Assembly: GCA_965227295.1 (NCBI GenBank)
Contig: OZ245742.1
Coordinates: forward strand, 4,288,001-4,352,000
DNA: 64,000 nt
Direction of reading: 5' to 3'
Origin: Leptonemataceae bacterium
GTDB taxonomy: Bacteria; Spirochaetota; Leptospiria; Leptospirales; Leptonemataceae
Position numbers and translations under genes: made by a program. Numbering within the stretch: position 1 is the stretch's first letter; each line of letters opens with the position of its first letter. Of this stretch, positions 50,582 to 60,724 are shown in pieces. The notes under the pieces are model-generated. The model saw only the letters and a list, made by a program, of their open reading frames with translations, made no database searches and had not been told where the DNA came from.

Positions 50582-52561
50582 ATGCGCCCGGCCGTTGCGA
50601 TCTTCCTTACCCTGGCTGCCGCTCACTGCACGGCGAACCCGACGCCCCCCACCGAAACCCGCATCTCCGAAGACAAACTTTATGTCATCTACGACTACAC
50701 CCGGCCTCCCGCCGCCGTAGAGATCACCGAGCTACCCGGCACCGCCGTGGTCCTCTGGAACGGTAGCACCCTGGCCACGATCCGCGACAGCCGTGATCCC
50801 CACACTCGCATCCCGCCGGCCATCGTCGAACTACCGGACGCCGAACCCGGCCGCCTGGAACTCCGCCTCAGTCATGTCCCCTCACCGCGACATGCCGGAG
50901 TCATCCTGCGTACCGGCAGTGCCGCAGAACTGCGTCAGCAGCACGCGAACCACCGGCTCGTCGACGGGGTGATCCTGGGCATCCTGCTTCTGGCCGGAAC
51001 GTTTAACATGTTATTATTAAGCGCGAATCCGCGGAATACATCCCACCTGTGGTTCGGTGTGCTGACCCTGCTGGCTGCCGGCATGCACGCTCGCCGGCAG
51101 CATCTCCTGGAAGCATTCGTCACTCCGCACCTGGGAGTGGCCCCGGAACAACTCGCGCAGTGGTTTTTCGCGTTGGAGATCTGGATGATCGCCGTCGCCC
51201 TGCCCGTGCTCTTATGCTCGTTCCTGTACGTACTCTTCCCGGGACTCGGCGCCGACCCGGGGCCGCGCAACAAGATCGGCACCCCGTATACCCGGCGCAT
51301 GCGCATCATCCTGGGACTCGTCCGCGGCTGCGCCGTGGTGTTGAGCGTGATTATTTTTGGCACGCCCCCGGGCGCATACGCGCCGTACCTGAACATTATC
51401 TTCTACGGTTATTCCACGCCGGTGATGATCCTGGCCGCGGTCCCCGTGTTGCTCGCTCTGCACAGGAAATATCGCGTGTCGTTGCTGGCCGCCGTGGGCG
51501 GCGGCGGCACGGCAATCGCCCTCATCGCCGACTACGGACTGATTCTGGACGGCCGGAGCCCGCTCTACGCCTCCGCCGGTGCGCTGGTCCTGGTCTTCTC
51601 CAGCATGGCGCTCATGCGGCCGCAGCGTTATCACATGCATCGCGAACTCAAGACCTCCCGCAGCACACTAAGAGACTCTAACAAGAAGTTAATGCTCGCC
51701 GACCGCCAGAAGAACCGCTACATCGTGGGCAGTGCCCGGGAGATGATCGCGCCGCTACAGGATATGCTGGCGCACTGTCTCGACATCGTCGGCGATCCGG
51801 CGTACCGGTTGCACTCCACGCAGCTTTCGGTGCTCTCTCACATGATGGATACGGCCAAACGCATGTTGCGGAGATTCCAGCGCATCCAGTTGCACTTCGG
51901 CGGCGACGGGGCGGACCGCCCGGCGAACTTTCAGACCGTGGACGCGGTATTCTTTCTGAACAGTCAGGCCATTGTCTTCGAAGAACGCCATCCGGAGCTG
52001 AATCTTCGCGTCCGCGTCCTGGATGATCCCGGTCGCCTGCACGCGGATCCGGAGTTGCTGGAAATCTGCCTGGCCGAACTGGTAGACAACGTCGCCGCCC
52101 ACGGCCGCGCCGGTACCGTGACCCTGGAAGCCGGTCGCCGGGGCAACGGACGCGCGTATCTTTGCGTGCACGAACGCGAATCCCGGCTGAACGTCGACGA
52201 AGCCGCGGAGCTGATCGAAGAGTTTCGCACGGGGGCCAGGGCGGACAGCGAACGCATCGGCCTCGGCTTCTCGCTCGTGCGGCGCATTGCCGAGATTCAC
52301 GGCTCGGATTTTACGATCCGCCGCGACGAAAACGAGGACGGACTGCGTTACGAGATTACGGTACCGCTGGTACCGGCAGCATCGACGGATCAACCACCGA
52401 CAGACGTGAGTTCACTCCGGCACATCCAGTTTCTCGGCGAGATCGGTTTTGATCGCCAGGCGCGGCAGGAGGCGAAGGCACTCCTGCGACGCGAGCCGGC
52501 CATGCGGGCCATGGTGGACGCGGCGCTCAAAAACGATGCGCGTCCGCGCTCAAAATCTTAG
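50582..52561 (+). CDS. 7TM sensor with degenerate histidine kinase domain
   Basis: Signal/lipobox, 7TM-DISM-like region, ELVDN N-box, IGLGF G2 box; H-box lacks His. Confidence 0.75.
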   Translation: MRPAVAIFLTLAAAHCTANPTPPTETRISEDKLYVIYDYTRPPAAVEITELPGTAVVLWNGSTLATIRDSRDPHTRIPPAIVELPDAEPGRLELRLSHVPSPRHAGVILRTGSAAELRQQHANHRLVDGVILGILLLAGTFNMLLLSANPRNTSHLWFGVLTLLAAGMHARRQHLLEAFVTPHLGVAPEQLAQWFFALEIWMIAVALPVLLCSFLYVLFPGLGADPGPRNKIGTPYTRRMRIILGLVRGCAVVLSVIIFGTPPGAYAPYLNIIFYGYSTPVMILAAVPVLLALHRKYRVSLLAAVGGGGTAIALIADYGLILDGRSPLYASAGALVLVFSSMALMRPQRYHMHRELKTSRSTLRDSNKKLMLADRQKNRYIVGSAREMIAPLQDMLAHCLDIVGDPAYRLHSTQLSVLSHMMDTAKRMLRRFQRIQLHFGGDGADRPANFQTVDAVFFLNSQAIVFEERHPELNLRVRVLDDPGRLHADPELLEICLAELVDNVAAHGRAGTVTLEAGRRGNGRAYLCVHERESRLNVDEAAELIEEFRTGARADSERIGLGFSLVRRIAEIHGSDFTIRRDENEDGLRYEITVPLVPAASTDQPPTDVSSLRHIQFLGEIGFDRQARQEAKALLRREPAMRAMVDAALKNDARPRSKS

Positions 52562-53221
52562 GACGTCGCCGAAGCCGCGCAGTTTTCGAAACCACTCCGC
52601 GGCAATCGCATCCATCTCGATCTTCTCGTCGATGTCCTCGTCGTTGAGTTTCGGCTGGGGCAATGAATCGAAGAGCTTGCGCACGATCGAATAAAAACCC
52701 GCGACGTACGGCCGCGTCTCCGCTCCGTAGCGGTTGGCGTAGTTCGCAATGGTCTTTTCGAGATCATCGTCTTTCACGTCATACTCGTTCTCGGCGACGG
52801 CCTCCCACACCAGCGTACCGTTTTCGCAGTCGTTCAGCTTCGCCTGAATGCGCACTTCCAGTTCGTCCGCGCCCAGGCGCAGATTTTCAAACGTGCTCGC
52901 GACGATGCCGTGGGGTAACTTGCCGTTCGCCTTCCTCTGGCACAACTCTTCGAAACCGTTCGGGTCCTGAATGACTTTCGTATCGAGGATGATGTACTCG
53001 TTGTGATGCGAAACGAACTCGCGCACGACGCCCAGATAGAGTTCCATCACGTCCTTGCCCGCCGTCGGCGGTTCCGAAACCGCGAGCACCACCCGCTTCA
53101 AACGATTGCGTTCGTCCTGGGCGTAACCCGGTTTCGTATACGTATGCTTCACGGTACACGCGCTCATCATCACGGCGACCAGGGCCGTAGCGCCGATACG
53201 CAGGGTCGTAGACGTTTTCAT
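52550..53221 (-). CDS. Lipoprotein (MXAN_6521/LA_1396-like)
   Basis: Lipobox MSAC, WEA..E..Y...DDDL...I.NY, DEDIDEKIE tail; family assignment from recall. Confidence 0.7.
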   Translation of the reverse strand: MKTSTTLRIGATALVAVMMSACTVKHTYTKPGYAQDERNRLKRVVLAVSEPPTAGKDVMELYLGVVREFVSHHNEYIILDTKVIQDPNGFEELCQRKANGKLPHGIVASTFENLRLGADELEVRIQAKLNDCENGTLVWEAVAENEYDVKDDDLEKTIANYANRYGAETRPYVAGFYSIVRKLFDSLPQPKLNDEDIDEKIEMDAIAAEWFRKLRGFGDVLRF

Positions 53222-56085
53222 TGGGAACCTCCGGGGGCTGAGATCAGTTCGATGCCGTGCTTCGCGCGCATTGTGTCGAAGACCTGCGGACGCTTTTCGC
53301 TGAGGAACGCCAGGATTGCCGGGAAGAGCACCAGGGTTGCAGACATCATCGAAAGCAAACCGACGCAGGCCAGGATGCCCATGCTTTCCAGGCCGGGGTG
53401 ATCGGCCATGGCCAGGGCCCCCCAGCCGGCCACCGACGTAAGCGAGGACGCGAGCGCCGCCTGGCCGGTGTGATACAACGTGTGATAGATCGAACCGTTC
53501 TCCAGGTAACGATAAAAAACGAAGATGCCGTTGTTGATGCCGTAGCCGACGACGATGGGCAGCACCATAACATTAAAATAGTTCACCTTAACGCCCAGTA
53601 GCACCATCAGCGCCGCCATGATCACGGCGCCGGCAATGAGCGGCACAAGGGCGAGCACCGACGACAGCACGTTCCGAAACGTGATGAACAGGATCAGGAG
53701 AACCAGGACGAACGTACTGATCACGAGGTTGCGCGATTCTTTCAGGATGATGTACGTAAATTTCGCAACGATCACCACGGAGCCCGTGCCGATGGCGCTC
53801 AGCCTATGCGATTGCAGGTCGGCGACGCTTTCGAACGGACGTTCTTTCAGGATCGTCCGCACGGCCAGGTCGCTCAGGCCGGTGCGCTGCAGTTCTTTTT
53901 CCGTTGCGCGGTTCGCTATGTCCAGCAGGCCGTTGATGTCGCGTTCGGAAAGTTCCACGCCGCGAGTTCCGGGCACCTCTTCGACTTTCCGCGAGCCGCT
54001 AATGCGCGTCCGGCGCAGGCGCTCCCATTCCGGAACGAAGTAGGCCAGGTCTTTCAGACTGTGCCGGCCGACGATGGGATACTCGAAGTCGCCGATCAAC
54101 TGATCCAGGCGCGCCACGCCCTCCTGGCGGTACAATTGCGAGACCTCGGGGTAGACGAAGGTCAGCCAGCCCTCGTACTTACTTTCCGGAATGCTCCGGA
54201 ACTGGTACTTGATGTCCTCGGGCAGATCCTCGAACGTAAACGGACGCTGGGCCACGACGCGCTGGTACTGCCCCCAGTACTGTTGGTACTGCTGCGGAAT
54301 GAGCGAACGTTTCACGATCTCGCTTTCGCGTCGGAATCTTTGAATGAGCCTGTAGTTCTCGCGCTGTTGATGCACCGGCGGCACGAACTGATAGACAGAC
54401 ACCACCTGGGCAACACTCTGATCCAGTTCTTCCGTCAACGGATCGAAGAACTCCCAGAGCGCCCGGGCTTCGTCTTTCGTTTCCACGGCGATGGCCACCG
54501 GCGATCCGATCAAATCGTAACGCAGCGCGATCTCGTCCTGCAGCCGCTCGGACGGGATGTCGTAGTCGAGCATGTTACGAACGTCGTTGTCCCACTCTAC
54601 TCGCGGCGCGATGATCGCCGCGGCGATGACGAGCAACGCCGAGGCGATGAGCACCCCGCGCGTGACCAGCGGGAAGTTGATGCGATGTTCCAGGCCGTCC
54701 TCGAAGCTGTGATCGCGGTCGGACTTCGCGTACTTGTTCAGGATGTTCGGAAAGATGCGAACGATGACGGCGAGAATCAGCGGCGTCAAAAAGAACATGC
54801 AGAGCGCCGTGGTGATGATGCCGTAGGCGGAGATGATGCCGAAGTCGGAAAAGCCGCGGAACTCGGAGAGAATCAGCGAAATGAACGCCGCCGTCGTCGT
54901 CATGGCGGAGTAGATCGCCGCGCGGCCGGTGTGCAGGATGGACTCTTTCACCGCCGGGATAAAGTCCGGGTTCGCCGAGTATTCCTCGCGGAAGCGGTAA
55001 ATCAGATGTATGCCGAAGTCGATGCCCAGGCCGGCCAGAATACCGCCGAACATGGACGTGATTAAGTTTAGCTCACCAACAGTTAAGTACGTGATGCCGA
55101 AAGTAAGGACGATGGCGTAGATGAGCGCGATGAGCATCGACGCGATGAGCGTGATGCGGCGAATGAACAGCAACAACACAAAGGCGATGCCCACGAGGGC
55201 GTAGATCAACGTCGGCTGGATGCTCTCCTGGATGGAGTCGTAGGCGTCGGCGTAGAGCACGTAGCCGCCGGTGAAACCCACCTCGATGCCGCGTTGTTCG
55301 AACTTCTTTTCTTTCGCGATGGCGCGGATCTTTTTAACGAAGGCCTGGGTCTTGTCGATCTCCTGGAGCGAAAACCAGGGCTTGCAGATCATCGTGACCA
55401 TTTTACGGTCGGGAGAGACGTAGTAGTCGTCGGTGATCTCTTTGCGACCCACCACGCGATACTTGTTAATGAGATCGTTTAAGTTAAGGCTGTACTGCGG
55501 CTGTCCGAGGTCGATGAAGAACGGCGACGCGCGTTCCACCATATCGTCGCGCTTCTTCGAAACGCGGCGCAGGCCTTCCCGGAGGTCCGGCGTCTTCACG
55601 TAAAAGAGAATGCGTTCCAGAACCGAGGAAAGATCCACCTTATGCTGGATGAACCGCACCTCTTCCAGTTCGCGAAGTTCGGCCACCATCTCGTCGACGG
55701 CGGTCTTGAGTTTCGTGACGTCCTTCGCGTTTTCCTGCTGGAGGTTATCGTAGATCTCGTTCGCTTCTTTAATGAGTTCGTCCGCCTCGGCGTCCTTGCT
55801 CTTGCGTTTGAGATCGAGGGCCCGGTAAAAAATCTCATCGCCCTCGTCGCGTTCCTGCATGCGAAATGCCAGGATCACGAAGCCGGCCCCGCCGATCATG
55901 TTCTCGACCTTGCGGGCCTCCTCGACCTGGGGCAGATCCGGAGGCAGTGTGTCGAGCTGGTTCGAATTGATGGACAGACGCGACGCGAAGAACGCACCGA
56001 CGGCGAAGACCACGAGCGCGACGGCCGCGCTCGTGAACGGACGGGATAGGTAAAAATCGCAGAAACGAGAGACGAGTTCGCGCAT
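53218..56085 (-). CDS. MMPL/RND family transporter (HpnN-like)
   Basis: Two TM bundles, GLGIDFGIHL, GYGINNG, two periplasmic domains. Confidence 0.92.
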   Translation of the reverse strand: MRELVSRFCDFYLSRPFTSAAVALVVFAVGAFFASRLSINSNQLDTLPPDLPQVEEARKVENMIGGAGFVILAFRMQERDEGDEIFYRALDLKRKSKDAEADELIKEANEIYDNLQQENAKDVTKLKTAVDEMVAELRELEEVRFIQHKVDLSSVLERILFYVKTPDLREGLRRVSKKRDDMVERASPFFIDLGQPQYSLNLNDLINKYRVVGRKEITDDYYVSPDRKMVTMICKPWFSLQEIDKTQAFVKKIRAIAKEKKFEQRGIEVGFTGGYVLYADAYDSIQESIQPTLIYALVGIAFVLLLFIRRITLIASMLIALIYAIVLTFGITYLTVGELNLITSMFGGILAGLGIDFGIHLIYRFREEYSANPDFIPAVKESILHTGRAAIYSAMTTTAAFISLILSEFRGFSDFGIISAYGIITTALCMFFLTPLILAVIVRIFPNILNKYAKSDRDHSFEDGLEHRINFPLVTRGVLIASALLVIAAAIIAPRVEWDNDVRNMLDYDIPSERLQDEIALRYDLIGSPVAIAVETKDEARALWEFFDPLTEELDQSVAQVVSVYQFVPPVHQQRENYRLIQRFRRESEIVKRSLIPQQYQQYWGQYQRVVAQRPFTFEDLPEDIKYQFRSIPESKYEGWLTFVYPEVSQLYRQEGVARLDQLIGDFEYPIVGRHSLKDLAYFVPEWERLRRTRISGSRKVEEVPGTRGVELSERDINGLLDIANRATEKELQRTGLSDLAVRTILKERPFESVADLQSHRLSAIGTGSVVIVAKFTYIILKESRNLVISTFVLVLLILFITFRNVLSSVLALVPLIAGAVIMAALMVLLGVKVNYFNVMVLPIVVGYGINNGIFVFYRYLENGSIYHTLYHTGQAALASSLTSVAGWGALAMADHPGLESMGILACVGLLSMMSATLVLFPAILAFLSEKRPQVFDTMRAKHGIELISAPGGSQ

Positions 56086-56094
56086 GCGGCGTGT

Positions 56095-56670
56095 TTACCG
56101 GTCGCGCAACTTCGCGACGACTTTTTCCAACTGCGCGATGAGGCCGTCCACGCCGCTCTTCTTCAGCACCGGCTGGACCTGCTTATCGCGGCTGGCTTTC
56201 ATGGAAGAAACACCGCGCTCATCGAGGAAGTCGGTGACGACCCACTCGCCGTCCACTTCAGTAAGGACCCAGGTAAAGACTACGCGCTCGGAGCCGGCGT
56301 AGAGCAGCGTCGAGCGAATGTGCACGTCGTTGCCCTGTTCTTTGGGCTCATCGTAAGCGAGGTCGATGTCCTTGAAGTACTTCAGGGCCAGGGGGAAAGC
56401 CTGGAGTTCGATATACTCGCCCATGAGCGCCGAGACGCGGTCTTTTTGCTCCGGCGTCGCTTTACTATAGTAAGAACCCATCAGAAATTCCGAGATGGCT
56501 TCCAGGCCGACCTGTTCGAGGGCCTTATCGTTCTTTTCGTAGCGGATGAAGCCGACCAGCTTCTTCACGGATGTGAGGGCGGCGGAACCGTCGGCGGCCA
56601 GGGGCGTGCCGGCGAGCAGCGTGAGGATGATCAGAATGGCGGTGATGCGAATGCGTTGCATGAGGTACAT
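56095..56670 (-). CDS. MlaC/Ttg2D-like periplasmic lipid-binding protein
   Basis: Signal peptide, W.VTDF..GVS.....Q...L..SGVDGLIAQLE. Confidence 0.8.
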   Translation of the reverse strand: MYLMQRIRITAILIILTLLAGTPLAADGSAALTSVKKLVGFIRYEKNDKALEQVGLEAISEFLMGSYYSKATPEQKDRVSALMGEYIELQAFPLALKYFKDIDLAYDEPKEQGNDVHIRSTLLYAGSERVVFTWVLTEVDGEWVVTDFLDERGVSSMKASRDKQVQPVLKKSGVDGLIAQLEKVVAKLRDR

Positions 56671-56811
56671 GTTTCCAGCTCCGGAGTTTTTTCTCTATTA
56701 ATAGACCGCCCGGATCGGTCAGGGTTCAGGATTTTTCGCACAGCAGCCGGTTGCAACCTTTTCTGCATCGCCCGCCAGACCGAGATTATTAGTAGAAGGT
56801 TAAAATTACCG

Positions 56812-57876
56812 ATGATTCGACGCGCAGCAACTGTCCTTTTCGTACTCACCTGTTTCTCTTCGATTCACTCCGAGGAGGCCGCCGACCCGGCCGGTGAATG
56901 CAAGGCCTATCTCTACATCGCCCAAAACGCGACGATTGCCGTGGAACGCGAGTACGCCCTGGCGGCCCTGGGCGAATGCCCGTCGTCCTCCGGGGCCGCA
57001 CGCATCCTCGAAGCGGCCATCCGGAGCGACGACGCGGGCTCCCGACGCGCGGCCTTCGGCTCTCTGGGGCGGCACCTCGACGCCATGAGCCCGGCTTTCC
57101 TCACGGAACTCTATCACGTCCCGGACGGCGGCCCCGCGAAGACCGAGGCGGAACTCTACTACGAGTACCTGTCACGCGTCGCCGCGCCGGCTTATTCCGA
57201 GGGCCTGGCACCGATCCTGGTCCGCGGCCTCTTTCACAAGAACGTGCAGGTCCGCCGGTACGCGCTCATCGGCCTCGGCCGCCTGGAGCAACGTGAGCAC
57301 TGGCCGCACGTCCGCGACATGCTGGACCGCGATCCGGCCGTCACCGCCGCCGCCCTCACCGCGGCGCGGCGGATCGGCCATCCGGAATCATTAACATACG
57401 CTCTCCGATACTTAAAAGACGAGGCCGTGCAGGCGCCCGTCGAAGCCGCGGCGATCGAACTGCTTGCGAAACTCGGCGGCCCCACGGCCCGGGAAAGTTT
57501 GATGATCCACTCGCTCCGCCGGCCGGACGGCGAGAACGCAAGACTCATTCGCCGGCGCATCCAGGAACTGCACGATCCGAAGATCGTCGCGGCCTACACG
57601 GACGGCCCGGCCATGCTGCACGCAGAACCCACGGAGCGCGCACGCATCAAAGGCGTGGTCGAACGTTATACGATTCTTTACATCGAAGAAGCGACGGACA
57701 AAGAGTACCGCATCGAACGCGAGCGCGGGGAAACCATGGCATCGAACTGGCTGTGGGTGCGCACGAGCAACGGGCTGACCGGCTGGGTCCATGAGTCATC
57801 GGTACGCAGGTATCCCATCGCGTCGGCCGCAGATAAAGCCACCACCGGATCGCCGGAGACACGGGACGCAGAGTGA
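56812..57876 (+). CDS. Exported HEAT-repeat protein with C-terminal SH3-like domain
   Basis: Signal peptide, VRRYALIGLGRL repeats, NWLWVRTSNGLTGWV; ATG 56812. Confidence 0.75.
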   Translation: MIRRAATVLFVLTCFSSIHSEEAADPAGECKAYLYIAQNATIAVEREYALAALGECPSSSGAARILEAAIRSDDAGSRRAAFGSLGRHLDAMSPAFLTELYHVPDGGPAKTEAELYYEYLSRVAAPAYSEGLAPILVRGLFHKNVQVRRYALIGLGRLEQREHWPHVRDMLDRDPAVTAAALTAARRIGHPESLTYALRYLKDEAVQAPVEAAAIELLAKLGGPTARESLMIHSLRRPDGENARLIRRRIQELHDPKIVAAYTDGPAMLHAEPTERARIKGVVERYTILYIEEATDKEYRIERERGETMASNWLWVRTSNGLTGWVHESSVRRYPIASAADKATTGSPETRDAE

Positions 57877-58583
57877 AGGCCAGCGCCCGGGTGGAGATCC
57901 AGGATGGTCTCGGGATTCTCGATATTTCCGAAGGCATCTTCGAAAGCGCCCTGCTCTGCAACGGCAAGGTCGCCGCGGTCTGCTGGCCGGACTTCCAGGG
58001 TTCCGTTGCCGAATACCTCAAGATCGCCGGAATCCCGGAAGCGCAGCGCCGGGAATTCCTGGCGGAGGTCCGCACGACGGTGGAACGCGAAGTCCGTGAG
58101 TACAATCTACTCGAACTGGCCTGGCCGTTTCTGCGGCTGTTCACGAACGGCACGTATCGCATCGCTTGCGAGGAATTGGAACGCGGCCAGGACGAAATCT
58201 ACTACGACGACAACATCCGCTCGGGCATGGATGGCTTCTATCCCCTCGAGGGATTCAATATCCTCAGCACACAATCGCGGGGCGTCATCCGGAACGATCG
58301 TGTCGAATTCTACAAACAAAGCATTGCCGACGGCGCGAAACCGTTCGTCGTCATCGCCGATCAATACTGTCCGGAACTCGAGCAGCAATCCCACGCGTTC
58401 TTGATCGACGGCCATCACAAGGCGCTGGCGTACACCGCCCTGCAACGTAACATCCCCGCGCTGATCCTTACGAGAATCGCCGCGCGCGATCAGCTACGCT
58501 GCCTGCCGGCGCAGATTCTCGAAGAAACGTTGAGCCCCGAGCAGATGAAACATTTGCGCAAGCACCGCAAGATCGATCGCTGA
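57873..58583 (+). CDS. Hypothetical protein with ParB/Srx-like motif
   Basis: FLIDGHHKALAY; start overlaps the previous stop. Confidence 0.65.
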   Translation: MKASARVEIQDGLGILDISEGIFESALLCNGKVAAVCWPDFQGSVAEYLKIAGIPEAQRREFLAEVRTTVEREVREYNLLELAWPFLRLFTNGTYRIACEELERGQDEIYYDDNIRSGMDGFYPLEGFNILSTQSRGVIRNDRVEFYKQSIADGAKPFVVIADQYCPELEQQSHAFLIDGHHKALAYTALQRNIPALILTRIAARDQLRCLPAQILEETLSPEQMKHLRKHRKIDR

Positions 58584-58602
58584 TCCGGCGCCGTGTGTAA
58601 AC

Positions 58603-59022
58603 TCAGGCCGACGTCGATTTCGGGCGCGCTTCGAGCACTTCCACTTCCACCGCGCGCGACATGGTATTGTGATCCCAGGCGGCCGGCTGCCAGTTCGCGC
58701 CGTTCTCGCTGCGATAGACGGCAAGGCTTTGCATCGGCCCACCGACATTCCACTCGGCATCGCTGTGACTGCACACAACAATCGCAAGGCCGGCGTCACC
58801 AGGCAACTCCAGCAGGCGCGCCGACTGAACCTCGCAACATTCCCAGGCGTCATAGAACGGCCGGCGATCGTACTCTTCTAACGCGGCCACGGCAACCCAC
58901 TGTCCCTCGTGATGATAGTACAGCTGCAGGGTGCCATCGACTTCGCCACGCCCGCCGGTAAACGCGCCAACGGACGGGCCAGATGCAAAACTGAGTTTGT
59001 TGCCGGTAACCTGCACGGACAC
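58603..59022 (-). CDS. Hypothetical protein, possibly the 3' remnant of a frameshifted gene
   Basis: The frame stays open upstream of 59022 without a start codon, and an adjacent ORF (59118-59309) lies in another frame. Confidence 0.4.
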   Translation of the reverse strand: MSVQVTGNKLSFASGPSVGAFTGGRGEVDGTLQLYYHHEGQWVAVAALEEYDRRPFYDAWECCEVQSARLLELPGDAGLAIVVCSHSDAEWNVGGPMQSLAVYRSENGANWQPAAWDHNTMSRAVEVEVLEARPKSTSA

Positions 59023-59463
59023 ACTTCGCCCACCCCCGAGGGTGGCTCTTCTCTGGTGGAGGGATGATATAAATGATCTGTTCTGGCGGCGGCGCGGCCC
59101 GAACTCCGTCCCGTTTATCAGAAATCCTGCCGGGAGTCCACCGAAAATGTCACACCCTTGTAGTATGATGTACCCTGGGAGACTTTAGCCCATTCAGCCG
59201 CCGTTTCGAGGCCGAGCCGCCACGATTTGCGGAAATCCGGACCGGCATGCTCATTCGTGAGGAGCGGTTCCAGGGCGGCCGGTCCCCGCGGGGACCGAGG
59301 GATCCTCACCGGGCAAAGACTGCACTAACATAATCTAACTGCCTGTCAGCGATAATGTCTACTGTCATGTACTTAACATTTTCCCCGAGACCGAATAATT
59401 CCTTGCGGCAGTTTTTCGCACCGGGCAGAACGGATTTGATTCGAACATTAAGAGGCAGGTGCC

Positions 59464-60705
59464 ATGAGCAGCATCGCAAAAATCGAAAACGATCCGGAGA
59501 TCCAAAAAGCCGTGAAGCGCATCGAAAAACGCTTCCGGGAGAACCCGTACATCGTTTCGGACATCATCGAAGAACGCGACGGGCGCACGTATCAATACGT
59601 CGACGTGGTCATGGAAGGCGGCGGCGTCCTCGGCGTCGCGCTCATCGGTTATCTCTACGCCCTGGAACGCGCCGGCATCCGCTTCCTGAGCATCGGCGGC
59701 ACCTCGGCGGGCTCTATCGCTGCGCTCCTGCTCATGGCCGTGGCGGATCGCGAGGAACCCCGGGCGGAGAAACTCGTGGAAATCCTGTTCCACATGAACC
59801 TGCACGATTTCATCGACGGAGACTCCGATGCTCAGGACTTCTCGCGTTTCCTGGCCGAGGGCGACCTCAAGAATCAAAAATTCAAGGCGGTCTGGAAGGG
59901 AGCGCAGGTGGTCGACAACGTCCTGAACGACTTCGGTCTGAACCCCGGCGACGCCTTCTGCCGGTGGATCCACGGCCACCTGGAAAACTTCGAAACCGAA
60001 ACCCTCCAGAAACTCAACGAGCGCATTCGGCGCAATCCGCCGGGCCTGAAGCATCGCCGAAGCGGCAAGTCCATGCGGAACACGCAGTCGAAACTCGCGC
60101 TGGTCGCGGCGGATATCACAACGGAAACCAAGGCGGTATTCCCGCGCATGGCGCCCATGTACTGGAAAAAGCCGGAAGAGAAATCTCCGGCCCTGTTCGT
60201 ACGCGCGTCCATGTCGATCCCGCTGTTCTTTCATCCGTTGAAAGTGGAAGGCGTTGCGCGCATTCGCGGCGTCAAGAAGCACTGGCAGGACGAAGGCCGC
60301 TACACCGGAAAAATTCCCGCGGCGGTCTACTTCGCCGACGGCGGCATCATGTCAAACTTTCCGATCAGCCTCTTTCACGAACACAAGGTGCCTGACGCAC
60401 CAACCCTGGGCGTCAAGCTGTCGCCCTTTGAACGTCAGTTGAACGAGATCGCGGACCTCACCGGGTACGGCATGGCCGTCTTTTCGGCAATTCGCCACTA
60501 TGCCGACTACGATTTCCTCTACAATAACCAGGATTACAACAAGCTGATCACTTACATCAACACGGCGTCTCATAACTGGCTGAACTTTTCCATGCAGGAG
60601 GCGGAAAAGCTGAGCCTCTTTCGCAAAGGCGTACTCGCCGCGGAACAATTCCTGAACGGCTTCGATTGGGAAGATTACAAAAGAATTCGCAAGAAGCTGC
60701 TGTGA
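59464..60705 (+). CDS. Patatin-like phospholipase
   Basis: EGGGVLG, GTSAG, RASMSIP, DGG. Confidence 0.92.
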   Translation: MSSIAKIENDPEIQKAVKRIEKRFRENPYIVSDIIEERDGRTYQYVDVVMEGGGVLGVALIGYLYALERAGIRFLSIGGTSAGSIAALLLMAVADREEPRAEKLVEILFHMNLHDFIDGDSDAQDFSRFLAEGDLKNQKFKAVWKGAQVVDNVLNDFGLNPGDAFCRWIHGHLENFETETLQKLNERIRRNPPGLKHRRSGKSMRNTQSKLALVAADITTETKAVFPRMAPMYWKKPEEKSPALFVRASMSIPLFFHPLKVEGVARIRGVKKHWQDEGRYTGKIPAAVYFADGGIMSNFPISLFHEHKVPDAPTLGVKLSPFERQLNEIADLTGYGMAVFSAIRHYADYDFLYNNQDYNKLITYINTASHNWLNFSMQEAEKLSLFRKGVLAAEQFLNGFDWEDYKRIRKKLL

Positions 60706-60724
60706 CACCGGCGTCGCGCCGTTT

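Noticed and set aside
59310..59460. Possible c-di-GMP riboswitch (GGGCAAA start)
   Set aside because: The remaining conserved motifs (GAAA tetraloop stem, GACGCAAAGC) are not present.
59464..60705. Patatin as a CBASS (CapV-like) effector
   Set aside because: No CD-NTase or other CBASS gene is adjacent.
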